56,641 nt of DNA, from positions 1 to 56,641 of IMG/VR virus record IMGVR_UViG_3300050143_000044; one strand, written 5' to 3'. A program made the position numbers and the translations under genes. The notes beneath the pieces were generated by a model that saw only the letters and a program-made list of their open reading frames with translations, did not search any database and was not told the origin of the DNA. Origin of the DNA: a virus. Its lineage: Duplodnaviria; Caudoviricetes. Positions 37,603 to 47,039 of the stretch are shown here, one piece after another (positions within the stretch are counted from its first letter, which is position 1; each line of letters starts with the position of its first letter).

Positions 37603-39345
37603 ATGCCAACTACAGTAACAGAATTTATCCAAGACAGAGCAGGGAAGATGACGTTTGAAATGTCCGATGGGTCGGTTAAGACGTTTGATCCTCTAGGTGT
37701 AACTTCATCTGGGGTTGGTATTGTACTAACTGCTGACCAATTTATCTTGAATGATACAGGATCTACTGCAAGAAACCAAAATACAACCGTATTGCAGAAT
37801 GCTTTTGCATCACAAGGTGCAGTTTATTTACCACCTGGTGATATTTGTCATAATCCGTTTGTAGCAACTGGCTCACCAAGAGTAATTGGTCAAGGTTCAG
37901 GAGACGCATATGGCCCAGAAGATATTGGTGCAGGAGTCATTGATCGTACTCTTTTTGCAGGTACAGCTAACACAATTTTACGCACAGTGCATGACTCTGG
38001 TGCAGGTATTACATTCCAACAACCAGGTGTAAAACTAGAGTCAATCAAGTTTATCAATTTAACTACACCAGCAGGCAGCAACGATCAGGTGTTAGTACTT
38101 GCTGGCCCCGATAGTACACGCTCGAAGCGCGCTGATGGTTTCAAAGTCACTGACTGCGTTTTTGTCGGAGGCTACACCCAACTAAAGATCGGCTCATGCC
38201 TTGGCTACGGCATCTTCAATAATGGTTTTACCGACCCAAGCGGAGGATATTCGCTTTGGATTGAGAACTACATGAACGGTGACGAAGGTGACCCCGCCAT
38301 TATTGGCAACACGTTTAATGCATACAGTCAAGTTGCAGAATCTGCTGTTTATTTCAAAGCAGGTGGTGGTATCAAGTTTGTTGGTAATAAAATCAATCGC
38401 CAGCCTGGAAATGCTACAGGATCTCGCTTTTACAAGAGAGGACTTCTGATCCAGCCAACCACAAGTACATCTGTTTTACTAGTTACAGGTAACTCCATTG
38501 AAAATGTACTACAAGGGGCTATTGTTTTAGACTGTACTACTGCTGGTTTCTATGGGAATGTAAATATTACTGGTAATGAATTTTATTTTGTAGCCGGTGC
38601 AGTAGATTTGGCATCAATCTACGTATTTGGTAGAAATGGTACATCATTGAAGGGTGGAAATATTAGTAATAATGTCCTTCAATCTTGTGCAGGAATACGT
38701 CTTGCTAATATCAATGGTTACAATGTTGGGGTAAATACACATCGTCAGCCATCCGGAAGCACACTGGTAAAACTAGAAGGTGCAGCAGAATCGACCAAAG
38801 TTGCAGAGCAGGTCTATAGTGAATTGCCTACAGCAACAGACACTACACTGTACGGTAACTTTTCACTCGGAAGCTCTCGTGCATTGGAAAGATTTGAGCC
38901 AAAGTATTCATTTTCCCGCAACGTAAACTTTACAGGCGTAGGTAAAAATGTCTGGAAGAACTTCCTTTCTCTTGATACACAGTCATTTGAAGTATTTACG
39001 ATTAGTGCAAAAGTACAAGGGTCTGCATCAGGAGTAGGTGCATCTGCCATTGAGTTTAAACGAAGAATTACCCGTGACAGTACAAACCCTGTTCCATTCA
39101 CTATTGGAACTGATAGTGGATTAAGTAAAATCAGTGGAACTATTACTGCTGTAACACCAACTACTTCAGATACATCTGCTAGTGCTCAAGATATATCAAT
39201 GCGCTTTGTATCAAGTGGGAGTAAAATTATTCTTCAGTTACAAGTACCATCTTCAAGTTCAGCTATTGGTACTGACTACTTCGTAGGTACACTACACGTA
39301 GACATCGAAGGCTCTGTGCAGTCAATTATTTATCCTATCGGTTAA
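37603..39345 (+). CDS. tailspike/depolymerase-like beta-helix protein
   Basis: NTTVLQNAF...VYLPPG pectate-lyase-3-like start; repeated I.GN.F strands. Confidence 0.75.
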   Translation: MPTTVTEFIQDRAGKMTFEMSDGSVKTFDPLGVTSSGVGIVLTADQFILNDTGSTARNQNTTVLQNAFASQGAVYLPPGDICHNPFVATGSPRVIGQGSGDAYGPEDIGAGVIDRTLFAGTANTILRTVHDSGAGITFQQPGVKLESIKFINLTTPAGSNDQVLVLAGPDSTRSKRADGFKVTDCVFVGGYTQLKIGSCLGYGIFNNGFTDPSGGYSLWIENYMNGDEGDPAIIGNTFNAYSQVAESAVYFKAGGGIKFVGNKINRQPGNATGSRFYKRGLLIQPTTSTSVLLVTGNSIENVLQGAIVLDCTTAGFYGNVNITGNEFYFVAGAVDLASIYVFGRNGTSLKGGNISNNVLQSCAGIRLANINGYNVGVNTHRQPSGSTLVKLEGAAESTKVAEQVYSELPTATDTTLYGNFSLGSSRALERFEPKYSFSRNVNFTGVGKNVWKNFLSLDTQSFEVFTISAKVQGSASGVGASAIEFKRRITRDSTNPVPFTIGTDSGLSKISGTITAVTPTTSDTSASAQDISMRFVSSGSKIILQLQVPSSSSAIGTDYFVGTLHVDIEGSVQSIIYPIG

Positions 39346-39352
39346 TATAATC

Positions 39353-39892
39353 ATGCACCTAACCAAAGAAAAACAACAAGAACTTCTACCTCTTTTGATT
39401 GGGCAATGCCGATATAATCCCAGAACAGGGACTATCCTAACAGAAAGAGACGGTATTTTAACCTCTTCAAGTTCTTCTTTGGTTATCCGCAGCTTCTTGC
39501 ACAGGGTTCCTCAGAAGCTTGCTGCTTGGTTATTGTCTGGTGAAGATTTCGTACCCTCTGACAAGGAAATCCTTTGCAGAAACCTAGACGAGCAGGATTT
39601 AACCAGAAGAAATTTATGCTTGGTAGATAAAACCAACTATAAAAGAATTAAAAGAATCATTTGCAATACAACAAAGCATTACAAACTCAAAGAACATCCT
39701 ACAGATATTTTCAAGGTTATGACAACTTGGATTGATGTAGAAAAAGGTTCTAAGAATAAGAAAGTATTCGAAGATTCTGTTGTAGCTAGGAAATTTATCA
39801 AAGCTAGACTATTTGCTCTAATAAAAGAACTAGAAAGACTGGGTGTAAATCTAGAAGAAGCTGAGTTATTCCTGAGTAGACCTTGGGTTTGA
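39353..39892 (+). CDS. degenerate HNH-endonuclease-like protein
   Basis: YNPRTG...LAAWL...ILCRNLDEQDLTRRNL aligns by eye with IDHINGD..DNR..NL but lacks the catalytic His/Asn. Confidence 0.55.
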   Translation: MHLTKEKQQELLPLLIGQCRYNPRTGTILTERDGILTSSSSSLVIRSFLHRVPQKLAAWLLSGEDFVPSDKEILCRNLDEQDLTRRNLCLVDKTNYKRIKRIICNTTKHYKLKEHPTDIFKVMTTWIDVEKGSKNKKVFEDSVVARKFIKARLFALIKELERLGVNLEEAELFLSRPWV

Positions 39893-39967
39893 ACGCAGAG
39901 CGTGAAAACAAAGGGTGTGATCAACAAGGGTGCAACATTAGAATATTTCATAATCCAAAACAAAGTA

Positions 39968-39996
39968 TTGCAAAATAACTAATCAAGTGATAGAAT
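39968..39996 (+). promoter_or_regulatory. sigma70 promoter
   Basis: TTGCAA-17 nt-TAGAAT with TG extension. Confidence 0.7.
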
Positions 39997-40026
39997 TGGT
40001 TCTTAATTATATTCAGGGATATTTAC

Positions 40027-40461
40027 ATGAAATTAGCTAGTTATAAAGGAACCAGACCTGGGTTAAAAGGTTTATTCAACAGAGCAGTAAGGTGGTGGAC
40101 TAATTCTATCTATTCTCATAATGAACTTATTTTCAACAATGGAATCTCTGCTTCATCCTCTGGTTCTGATAGTGGTGTAAGGTTCAAGGTAATCGAATAC
40201 GATCTAACCAAATGGGATATTTTCACGTTAGATATCCCTGCTGAAAAGCAAGATCAAGCTTGGAGATGGTTCTGTGAGCATAAGGGGCAGTCTTATGATT
40301 ACCTTGGTTTATTGGGGTTTGTTTGGAGACGAGGTACTCAAGATAAGAAGAAGTGGTTCTGCAACGAAAGCATCGGAGCTTCTTTGGGTTTAATTAATCC
40401 TGATCTGTTTACACCAGGGCAGTTTCACGATATTATGAAGGAAATGTATGGAAAACGGTAA
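40027..40461 (+). CDS. permuted papain-like (YaeF/YiiX, NlpC/P60) amidase
   Basis: YSHNEL (His), GQSYD, WFCNE (Cys) in permuted order. Confidence 0.75.
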   Translation: MKLASYKGTRPGLKGLFNRAVRWWTNSIYSHNELIFNNGISASSSGSDSGVRFKVIEYDLTKWDIFTLDIPAEKQDQAWRWFCEHKGQSYDYLGLLGFVWRRGTQDKKKWFCNESIGASLGLINPDLFTPGQFHDIMKEMYGKR

Positions 40462-40825
40462 CAATAACAAAGATCAAGGATGGTCAGCTTGGATTAGAGA
40501 CAAGGTTCTACCTCCACTGATTGTAGCTTTCATTTGTGTATCTGCCGGTGGTGGAGTGTCTGCTTATCGCAAACTAGATGCTGTGGCTGTAGCACTTCAA
40601 CAGCAAGCTGAAACAAACAAGATCCTCGATGCTAGGCTTACCAAAGCTGAATCAGAGATTGTTGTTATCCGAAGTCAAATGGTAGGTTGGGATGTACTAA
40701 AGCGAATTGAACAATCCTTGTCTTTACTTGCTGCCAATGGTGATTCAAACAAAGGTGTAAAAGCAATTGCCAATAGCCTACAAGTTGAGCTACAAAGTAG
40801 ACGAGAGTTTAATCAAAGTAGATGA
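40448..40825 (+). CDS. membrane protein with coiled coil, possibly lysis-related
   Basis: single N-terminal TM segment followed by coiled coil. Confidence 0.5.
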   Translation: MENGNNNKDQGWSAWIRDKVLPPLIVAFICVSAGGGVSAYRKLDAVAVALQQQAETNKILDARLTKAESEIVVIRSQMVGWDVLKRIEQSLSLLAANGDSNKGVKAIANSLQVELQSRREFNQSR

Positions 40826-40832
40826 ATCTCTC

Positions 40833-40861
40833 TTGACAAATAACTAAACTCAAGTTATACT
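40833..40861 (+). promoter_or_regulatory. sigma70 promoter of the tRNA/ncRNA cluster
   Basis: TTGACA-17 nt-TATACT. Confidence 0.85.
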
Positions 40862-41110
40862 TAAATCTCAAGTACAGCTTAGCTTCTATTCCTTGCTGAG
40901 TGACCTAGGCTCCTTCTTCTTTGATTAAGGAAATCCTTTATATCTTCACGGATGATTTCTATCTGTACTTTGAAAACCTATCTGTATCTTCTAGAGGTTT
41001 AATTTCCTTTACTCTAGATTAACCAGATTCTGAGATCAGTAACTCAGGGTTATACTTAGGTATAACCAATAACTCTCTAAATAATAATGGGTGTTATTGG
41101 TTATATTTAA

Positions 41111-41185
41111 GGGCGCTTCGTATAATGGAGAATACCGAAATCTTCTAAGTTTCTAATGTTTGTTCGATTCAAACAGTGCCTACCA
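41111..41185 (+). tRNA. tRNA-Arg(TCT)
   Basis: cloverleaf, loop CTTCTAA, TTCGATT, encoded CCA. Confidence 0.85.
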
Positions 41186-41193
41186 TAAATAAT

Positions 41194-41271
41194 CTGTGTT
41201 TAGGCTAGTCAGGTCAAGTCTCTTCGTTTGGAACGAAGTCATCGTAGGTTCGAATCCTACAGCACAGACCA
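41194..41271 (+). tRNA. tRNA-Pro(TGG)
   Basis: CTTCG-TTTGGAA-CGAAG arm, GGTTCGAATCC, encoded CCA. Confidence 0.92.
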
Positions 41272-41280
41272 CAAATCAAT

Positions 41281-41356
41281 CGCGAGATAACTCAGCCCGG
41301 TAGAGTGGGAGCCTCATGAGCTTCAGTCATCTGTTCGAATCAGATTCTTGCGACCA
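41281..41356 (+). tRNA. tRNA-Met/Ile2(CAT)
   Basis: loop CTCATGA, TTCGAAT, CCA; C1-G72 paired and no GGG/CCC anticodon stem, so not a typical initiator. Confidence 0.85.
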
Positions 41357-41361
41357 AGTAT

Positions 41362-41437
41362 TACTCAGTAGCTCAATTGCTAGAGCAGCGGCCTCCAAAT
41401 CCGTAGGTTGAGAGTTGGAATCTTTCCTGGGTAGCCA
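41362..41437 (+). tRNA. tRNA-Trp(CCA), atypical
   Basis: loop CTCCAAA, encoded CCA; T-loop TTGGAAT; C31-T39 mismatch. Confidence 0.8.
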
Positions 41438-41453
41438 GCACAATAATAACAAT

Positions 41454-41666
41454 ATGTCAAATAATAATAAATCAAAGGTCTGCTCAGGTTGCCTAAACAA
41501 AGCAGGTACCAGAAGTAACCTCTGCAAAGAATGCGAAAAGCTCAGACGAAGTATCTTCCCTATGGATTCCATTGCATTGGATGCAAGATACGAAATCAGT
41601 CTAAGTGACTTTCATGATGTTCTGAATCCTACTGGTAAAACACCAGCTAGAATTTCAGAAGATTAA
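41454..41666 (+). CDS. small Zn-finger protein
   Basis: CSGC...CKEC. Confidence 0.55.
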   Translation: MSNNNKSKVCSGCLNKAGTRSNLCKECEKLRRSIFPMDSIALDARYEISLSDFHDVLNPTGKTPARISED

Positions 41667-41672
41667 TTAAAG

Positions 41673-41821
41673 AATACCCTACCTTAGGTATCGTTTAGGT
41701 TATCGCTAACATATTCATTGCTCGCCAAAGTTAATGAAATGCGCAGGTGTCTAAACAAAAGAATCTTGGACTTAAACCAAGGGATAGCATGGCTGCTTTC
41801 CTAAGTATCTTTTGAGGTATT
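41673..41821 (+). ncRNA. candidate multi-stem ncRNA between the tRNA cluster and terS
   Basis: nested stems AATACC/GGTATT, CTTAGG/CCTAAG, GTTTAGG/TCTAAAC, TTCATTG/TAATGAA, TCTTGG/CCAAGG. Confidence 0.55.
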
Positions 41822-41868
41822 TAGGCTAGTAGCCTTTTGGCTTTGGTAAACCAAACAGGAGAAAACAA

Positions 41869-42243
41869 ATGGTATTTAAAAGACGAGAAGAAAACGGTGG
41901 TGAAGTAGATCCTAACATCAACACCAAAGGTAGAATTAAACCAACTAGGATGCTCACCAATAAGGAGATTCGTCATAACGAAATGATGACTCTGCTTCGG
42001 AAGTTCAGACCGCATGTAGCTAAGGCTGTCATGACTGCTGTGAATGTAATGGGTAAGGAAGATTTAGCTGAGACTACTAAGCTAAAAGCTGCGGTGATTA
42101 TCTTGGATAATTATAAGCAGTTGGTAGGTACGGTTTATGACAAGGATTATGATGAGGACGAAGGTGAAGCTATTTCTGAACAAAGCCAGCCTGTGTTTAG
42201 TTTGAAGATGATTGGGAATGACGAAAGTAGCTCAGAAACTTAA
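41869..42243 (+). CDS. terminase small subunit (probable)
   Basis: NINTKGR N-terminal motif; helical; upstream of terL. Confidence 0.6.
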   Translation: MVFKRREENGGEVDPNINTKGRIKPTRMLTNKEIRHNEMMTLLRKFRPHVAKAVMTAVNVMGKEDLAETTKLKAAVIILDNYKQLVGTVYDKDYDEDEGEAISEQSQPVFSLKMIGNDESSSET

Positions 42244-42347
42244 AGAGGTTTAACTAAGACTAGGGTGGCCGCCCGAAAGGAAGACTCCTTCGCTTCTTGT
42301 CTTAGTTTTCAGTTTAGAAGATGAAGGGATTATACAAGAGGGATCTA

Positions 42348-43511
42348 ATGAAAAATTTATCAAATACATTTTATGTGTATCTGCACAAGAAAGCCACCGA
42401 TGGTTCTGTTTTCTATGTAGGAAAAGGCAAGGGTAAAAGAGCTTACAGTAAGTTTTCCCGAAACATACATTGGAAACGCACAGTTGAAAAATACGGTTAT
42501 TTTGTTGAAATATACAAGGACGGACTTTTAGAAGAAGAAGCTTTCAAGCTAGAAGAAGATTTGATCTTGTTCTATGGTTTTGACTCTTTGACAAACATGA
42601 CGCTTGGTGGTCACACAACCACGGGTTATAGCCATACAGAAGAAAGCATCACTAAGATGCAGGAAATTGCAAGACAGAGAATGCAAGATCCAAAGGAATT
42701 TGAAAGGTGCATGAACAATCTGCATCTTCTGCACGAAAAACAGAGAAATGACCCCGAGTACAGAAAAGAAGTATCAGAGAGAGTTTCTAATTACTACTCT
42801 ACTGTTTCAGATGAAGAAAAGAAGGTACGAGTAGCTAAGATGCTCAAAACCATGAGTGACCCAGAGAAGCGGGCAAGTTGGATTGAGAACGTGAAAGCAG
42901 CCCAAACACCGGAGGTTCGGGCAAAAGCTGCTGCTAAATCAAAACAGACATGGGAAAATTTACCAGACGACATTAAAAAAAGTAGGGTTAAAAAGCTTAC
43001 TGAATTTTTAAAAAGTGACAATACAAGGAAAAGGTTAGTTGAATGCCTATCTGAGCCTGTTGTAGTAAATAGAAAGTATATTTTCAGTTCTCACCAGGAG
43101 TTGGATAACTATTTTAACAAGAAAGGTAGTTCTTCTAACTCACTTCGAACAGCAATCAAAAATGGGTATATCGGAAGTATCTACAAAGGTCACTTATTTG
43201 AGAAGTACGATAAAGATACTCATAAAGACTTGCTTCCTGTAAACGGTCCAATTGGAGAGATATTTACATTTACTCTACCCACCTCAGTTGCTGTTTTTGC
43301 TAACGATACTCTGTATCTTTCACCACGGCACGCTGCGGTTGAACTTCTTGGAAAAGAAGGTAGAAATATTGACTCTACAGCAGATTGGTTGTCTAAGAAA
43401 GCAAAAGCAAATCATGAGTCCTTTGGTTATACTTGGCGAGTTGCAAACAAAGACGAGATAAATAACTATCTTATCAAAACAGTTGAGAGTTATCATGAAA
43501 ACATCCATTGA
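42348..43511 (+). CDS. free-standing GIY-YIG (Seg-like) homing endonuclease
   Basis: FYVYLH...FYVGKG, KRA, E...I..YG, LTN.T.GG; overlaps terL start; alternative start at 42321. Confidence 0.85.
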   Translation: MKNLSNTFYVYLHKKATDGSVFYVGKGKGKRAYSKFSRNIHWKRTVEKYGYFVEIYKDGLLEEEAFKLEEDLILFYGFDSLTNMTLGGHTTTGYSHTEESITKMQEIARQRMQDPKEFERCMNNLHLLHEKQRNDPEYRKEVSERVSNYYSTVSDEEKKVRVAKMLKTMSDPEKRASWIENVKAAQTPEVRAKAAAKSKQTWENLPDDIKKSRVKKLTEFLKSDNTRKRLVECLSEPVVVNRKYIFSSHQELDNYFNKKGSSSNSLRTAIKNGYIGSIYKGHLFEKYDKDTHKDLLPVNGPIGEIFTFTLPTSVAVFANDTLYLSPRHAAVELLGKEGRNIDSTADWLSKKAKANHESFGYTWRVANKDEINNYLIKTVESYHENIH

Positions 43512-44919
43512 TAACAAACCTGTGCTTATCGGGCCACGCAGTAAAAAACAGGAAATGTATATTAACAGCAAGGCCGATATTGTAGTTTTCGGTGGCGGGG
43601 CTGGGAGCGGCAAGAGCTACCTCGGGGCAATGGATATGTTAAAGTACACAGATGACCCGAAGTTCAGAGGTTGTGTAGTTCGTCGTCTTTCACCCCAAAT
43701 TCACGGTCCAGGCGGCATCTTCGAGACATTTGTGAGTTTACATAGCTTAGTCTATGGTAACAAACTAAAGATTGCTAAACGGGATGGTATTATCAGATAC
43801 CCATCTGGTGCAACCATTTCTTTTAGACACTGTCAACACGAAGACGATAAACATACTTTCCAGGGCTGGCAAATTTCAAGCTGTCTCGCGGATGAAGGTC
43901 AGCAGCTAACAGAGAGTCAATGTGTTTACTTGATGAGCCGCCTTAGGTCAGAAGCTAAGATGAAACCAACCATGCGCATCACATGCAACCCTTCACAGGG
44001 TTATTTGCGTAAATGGCTTGATTGGTATCTTGAGGGCCCTGACGGCATGCCGATTCCTGAGAGGTGTGGAGCGCTTCGGTATTTTACAATGAAAGACAAC
44101 GAGATGGTGTGGGGAGATACACCTGAAGAGGTTCTATCTAAAGTGCCAAATTGTATCCCTCTTTCATTTACATTTATTTCAGCTAATGTCTATGATAATC
44201 CTGTCTTGATGGAAAGACAACCTGAGTACGTTGCTTGGCTTGAAGGCCAAGACCGATGTACCCGAGCAGCTTTGCTAGATGGTGCATGGGATGTTATCCA
44301 AGGGCATACTGCTTATTTCCAAAAGGGTTGGTGCAAGGAAGTATTTGACGCACCTCTGAGTACAAAGAGGGTGAGGGCATATGACCTATCGGGATCAGTT
44401 CCGAGTGAGGTTTATAAAGACCCAGACTATACCTGCGGTGCTTTGCTCAGTAAGACTAAAGACAGCATGTACACCATTGAAGACGTAAAACGACTTCGTG
44501 AAAGAGTGTATGGAGTTGAGCAGTTTATCATGAAGCAAGCAGAGATTGACGGTCCAGATGTAACTATTGTCATCCCTGTAGACCCAGGCAGTGCTGGTAA
44601 GTCTTATGCCTCTAATTTGCAGAAAAAGATTGCTGAAGCTGGTTATCATTGCAAGCTTCACCCTATGGGTAATAAAAACAAGATGCAGAGGTTTAAGCCT
44701 TTTGCAGCAATTGCTGAAGCTGGCTTCTGTCAATATGTCCCAGGCGAATACGAAAACTGGTTCTTTGATGAATTAGAAAGATTCCAGGGGGATGGTAAAG
44801 GGCATGATGATGCTGTTGACGCAATAGCTTCTGCTTTCTGGTACTTAACCAGAAACAATTCACTCCCCGAATTCTCCCTCCCTGACTTCACTACTCCTTC
44901 AGCCTTTGCATTCAACTAA
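43495..44919 (+). CDS. terL: terminase large subunit
   Basis: GGGAGSGKS Walker A, ADE Walker B, TCNP, RAYDL, DPG.AG, HDD.VDA. Confidence 0.95.
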   Translation: MKTSIDNKPVLIGPRSKKQEMYINSKADIVVFGGGAGSGKSYLGAMDMLKYTDDPKFRGCVVRRLSPQIHGPGGIFETFVSLHSLVYGNKLKIAKRDGIIRYPSGATISFRHCQHEDDKHTFQGWQISSCLADEGQQLTESQCVYLMSRLRSEAKMKPTMRITCNPSQGYLRKWLDWYLEGPDGMPIPERCGALRYFTMKDNEMVWGDTPEEVLSKVPNCIPLSFTFISANVYDNPVLMERQPEYVAWLEGQDRCTRAALLDGAWDVIQGHTAYFQKGWCKEVFDAPLSTKRVRAYDLSGSVPSEVYKDPDYTCGALLSKTKDSMYTIEDVKRLRERVYGVEQFIMKQAEIDGPDVTIVIPVDPGSAGKSYASNLQKKIAEAGYHCKLHPMGNKNKMQRFKPFAAIAEAGFCQYVPGEYENWFFDELERFQGDGKGHDDAVDAIASAFWYLTRNNSLPEFSLPDFTTPSAFAFN

Positions 44920-44950
44920 AATAACTACAAACATAAAAGGAACCTGCTAG

Positions 44951-46426
44951 ATGGCAGCAAAGAAAACAACTCAAGAACCTGTTCAGAAAGCAGCCTCCGT
45001 AGATTCTCCTGATCGTTTCAAGCTTGGCGAAATGGGTAACTTAGGTGTAAGGATTTTCAACGGAGTATCTCAAGAAGAAATCCGTCGAGAACTTACTTAT
45101 CCTTTTGCTGTAAAGACCTATAAGCAAATGTCTTATCATAGCAGTATTGCTGCTGCTTTGAATCTTTACGAAGTTCTTATTTCCCAAGCTGAATACAAAG
45201 TAGTAGAACCTGAGAATGCAACTGCTGAAGAAAAAGCTCAGACTAAATTCATCAAAGAATGCCTGAACGACATGGAAGGTACTTTTGGTGAGTTCATCAA
45301 AGATACTCTAAGTGCTCAAGTGTACGGTTTTAGTATCACTGAAAAGGTATTCCGCCGCAGATTAACTTCTACTGGTAGCTCCTTCAATGACGGTAAGATT
45401 GCTTTGCGCAAACTAGCTCACCGCAGCCAAGATACTATTGAAAAGTTCATCTATGACGCAACAGGTAATGATATTACTGGCATCAAGCAGAACCTTTCTT
45501 TGATCGGTAATACTTACGATAGATTTGAAAACCGAAACAATGAAGTAGTTCTACCCAGAAGTAAGTTCTTGCATGTTCGCCTAGGTAGACACCGTGGTGA
45601 CCCTTACGGTAAATCACCTTTGTCTCAGGTGTATTTTGCGTACAAATATCTGACAACTGTAGAAGAACTAGAAGGTACAGCCTTGGCTAAAGACCTTGTA
45701 GGTATTCCTGTTCTGAAAATCCCAGCTAGTTATTTAGCTTCGGATGCCGATCCAAATAAGAAAGCTGTTGCTGATAACTTCAAGAACATGCTTCGGAATA
45801 TCCAGCAAGGTGCTCAGTCAGGTATCATGATTCCTTCTGATGCTAATGAAGAAACTAAGGTTCCTTTGTTTTCGTTTGAACTTGCAGCAGCTAATGGTAA
45901 GAAACTTGTTGATACTTCTCAACTGAAAGCTTATTACACAAACCAAATCATGACTACTCTCTTGGCTGATATCCTTATCATGGGTCAAGGTAGTACAGGT
46001 TCTTACGCTCTTGGCAGCTTAAAGAATAACATGGTTGGTGCGATGTGTAAGTACCTTCTGAATTCTATTCTAGAAGAAGTCAATCGTGACCTGATTAAGC
46101 AACTATACGAATTAAATGGTTTTGACACTACCAGAATGTGCAGAATTGATTCTGATTCAGTAGAAGAAACACCAATTGAAGAATTATCTAAGGCTTTCCA
46201 ACGAGCAGCTAGTACAGGTTTGATTGAGCTTGATAGAGCAGTTCTGAATAGAGTACGAGATATGCTTGGCATTGATACTTTACCAGCAGAACAAGAAGTA
46301 CAAGAAGATAAGTTAACAGGGAATACTTCTAAGTCAGGTGAAGGTATGAAAACTACCGGGTCTGGAACGAGTTTATCTCCAAACGGAATTGATACTTCAA
46401 GTAATAATGCCGACAATACGGCTTAA
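44951..46426 (+). CDS. portal protein
   Basis: 491 aa after terL; YGFS..EKV, PYGKSPL, GSYAL motifs. Confidence 0.9.
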   Translation: MAAKKTTQEPVQKAASVDSPDRFKLGEMGNLGVRIFNGVSQEEIRRELTYPFAVKTYKQMSYHSSIAAALNLYEVLISQAEYKVVEPENATAEEKAQTKFIKECLNDMEGTFGEFIKDTLSAQVYGFSITEKVFRRRLTSTGSSFNDGKIALRKLAHRSQDTIEKFIYDATGNDITGIKQNLSLIGNTYDRFENRNNEVVLPRSKFLHVRLGRHRGDPYGKSPLSQVYFAYKYLTTVEELEGTALAKDLVGIPVLKIPASYLASDADPNKKAVADNFKNMLRNIQQGAQSGIMIPSDANEETKVPLFSFELAAANGKKLVDTSQLKAYYTNQIMTTLLADILIMGQGSTGSYALGSLKNNMVGAMCKYLLNSILEEVNRDLIKQLYELNGFDTTRMCRIDSDSVEETPIEELSKAFQRAASTGLIELDRAVLNRVRDMLGIDTLPAEQEVQEDKLTGNTSKSGEGMKTTGSGTSLSPNGIDTSSNNADNTA

Positions 46427-46442
46427 ATAAGAAAGATAAGAA

Positions 46443-47039
46443 ATGCCTAATGTAACAGAAATGCGAATGGACCTAGCCGGTAAAATTACCTTTGAGCTAG
46501 ATGATGGTACAACTAAGATTGTTGACCTAGCTAACTTACCAGCAGGTGGAGGTGGTGGTTCAGTAACAGCTAATGATATTACCGATGCTGGTACTTCTGG
46601 TAAAGATGTACTTCGTGCCAGTACTGTAGCCGCTATCAAGACTGTTCTAGCTCTTGTTAAAGCTGATGTAGGTTTAGGTAATGTAGACAATACCTCTGAT
46701 GTTAATAAGCCGGTCAGTACAGCACAAGCTACTGCTATTGCACTCAAGGTTACAAAGACAACAATTGCTCCTGGAAGTACACTGGCTTCTATCATTACAG
46801 CAGGTAAGACCACTGATTCTCTGAATGGTGCAGAAGGTATTAATGGTGCAGGCGGTTCAGCAATTATTCACTCGGGTGCAATCCAACCTTTTGGTTTTGG
46901 TGGGTATGGTGCTTGCAGTTTCACTGGCGATACTGGTGTAACAGTAGTGGATATCAGGAATACAGGTGCAACAAACCCAGTCTGGGCAATCCAACCAACA
47001 GGCGCAAACTCCTACAATATTATTGGTTCAAAGGCTTAA
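46443..47039 (+). CDS. fibre/appendage protein
   Basis: KADVGLGNVDNTSD.NKPVSTAQ fibre repeat; N-terminus shared with 37603..39345. Confidence 0.7.
   Translation: MPNVTEMRMDLAGKITFELDDGTTKIVDLANLPAGGGGGSVTANDITDAGTSGKDVLRASTVAAIKTVLALVKADVGLGNVDNTSDVNKPVSTAQATAIALKVTKTTIAPGSTLASIITAGKTTDSLNGAEGINGAGGSAIIHSGAIQPFGFGGYGACSFTGDTGVTVVDIRNTGATNPVWAIQPTGANSYNIIGSKA

Noticed and set aside
42244-43511. Possible group I intron around the GIY-YIG gene before terL
   Set aside because: No P/Q/R/S elements; terS and terL are each complete, so the endonuclease is free-standing
46003-46813. Antisense ORFs over the portal and fibre genes (and similar ones elsewhere)
   Set aside because: Shadow frames of real genes with no RBS or recognisable motifs
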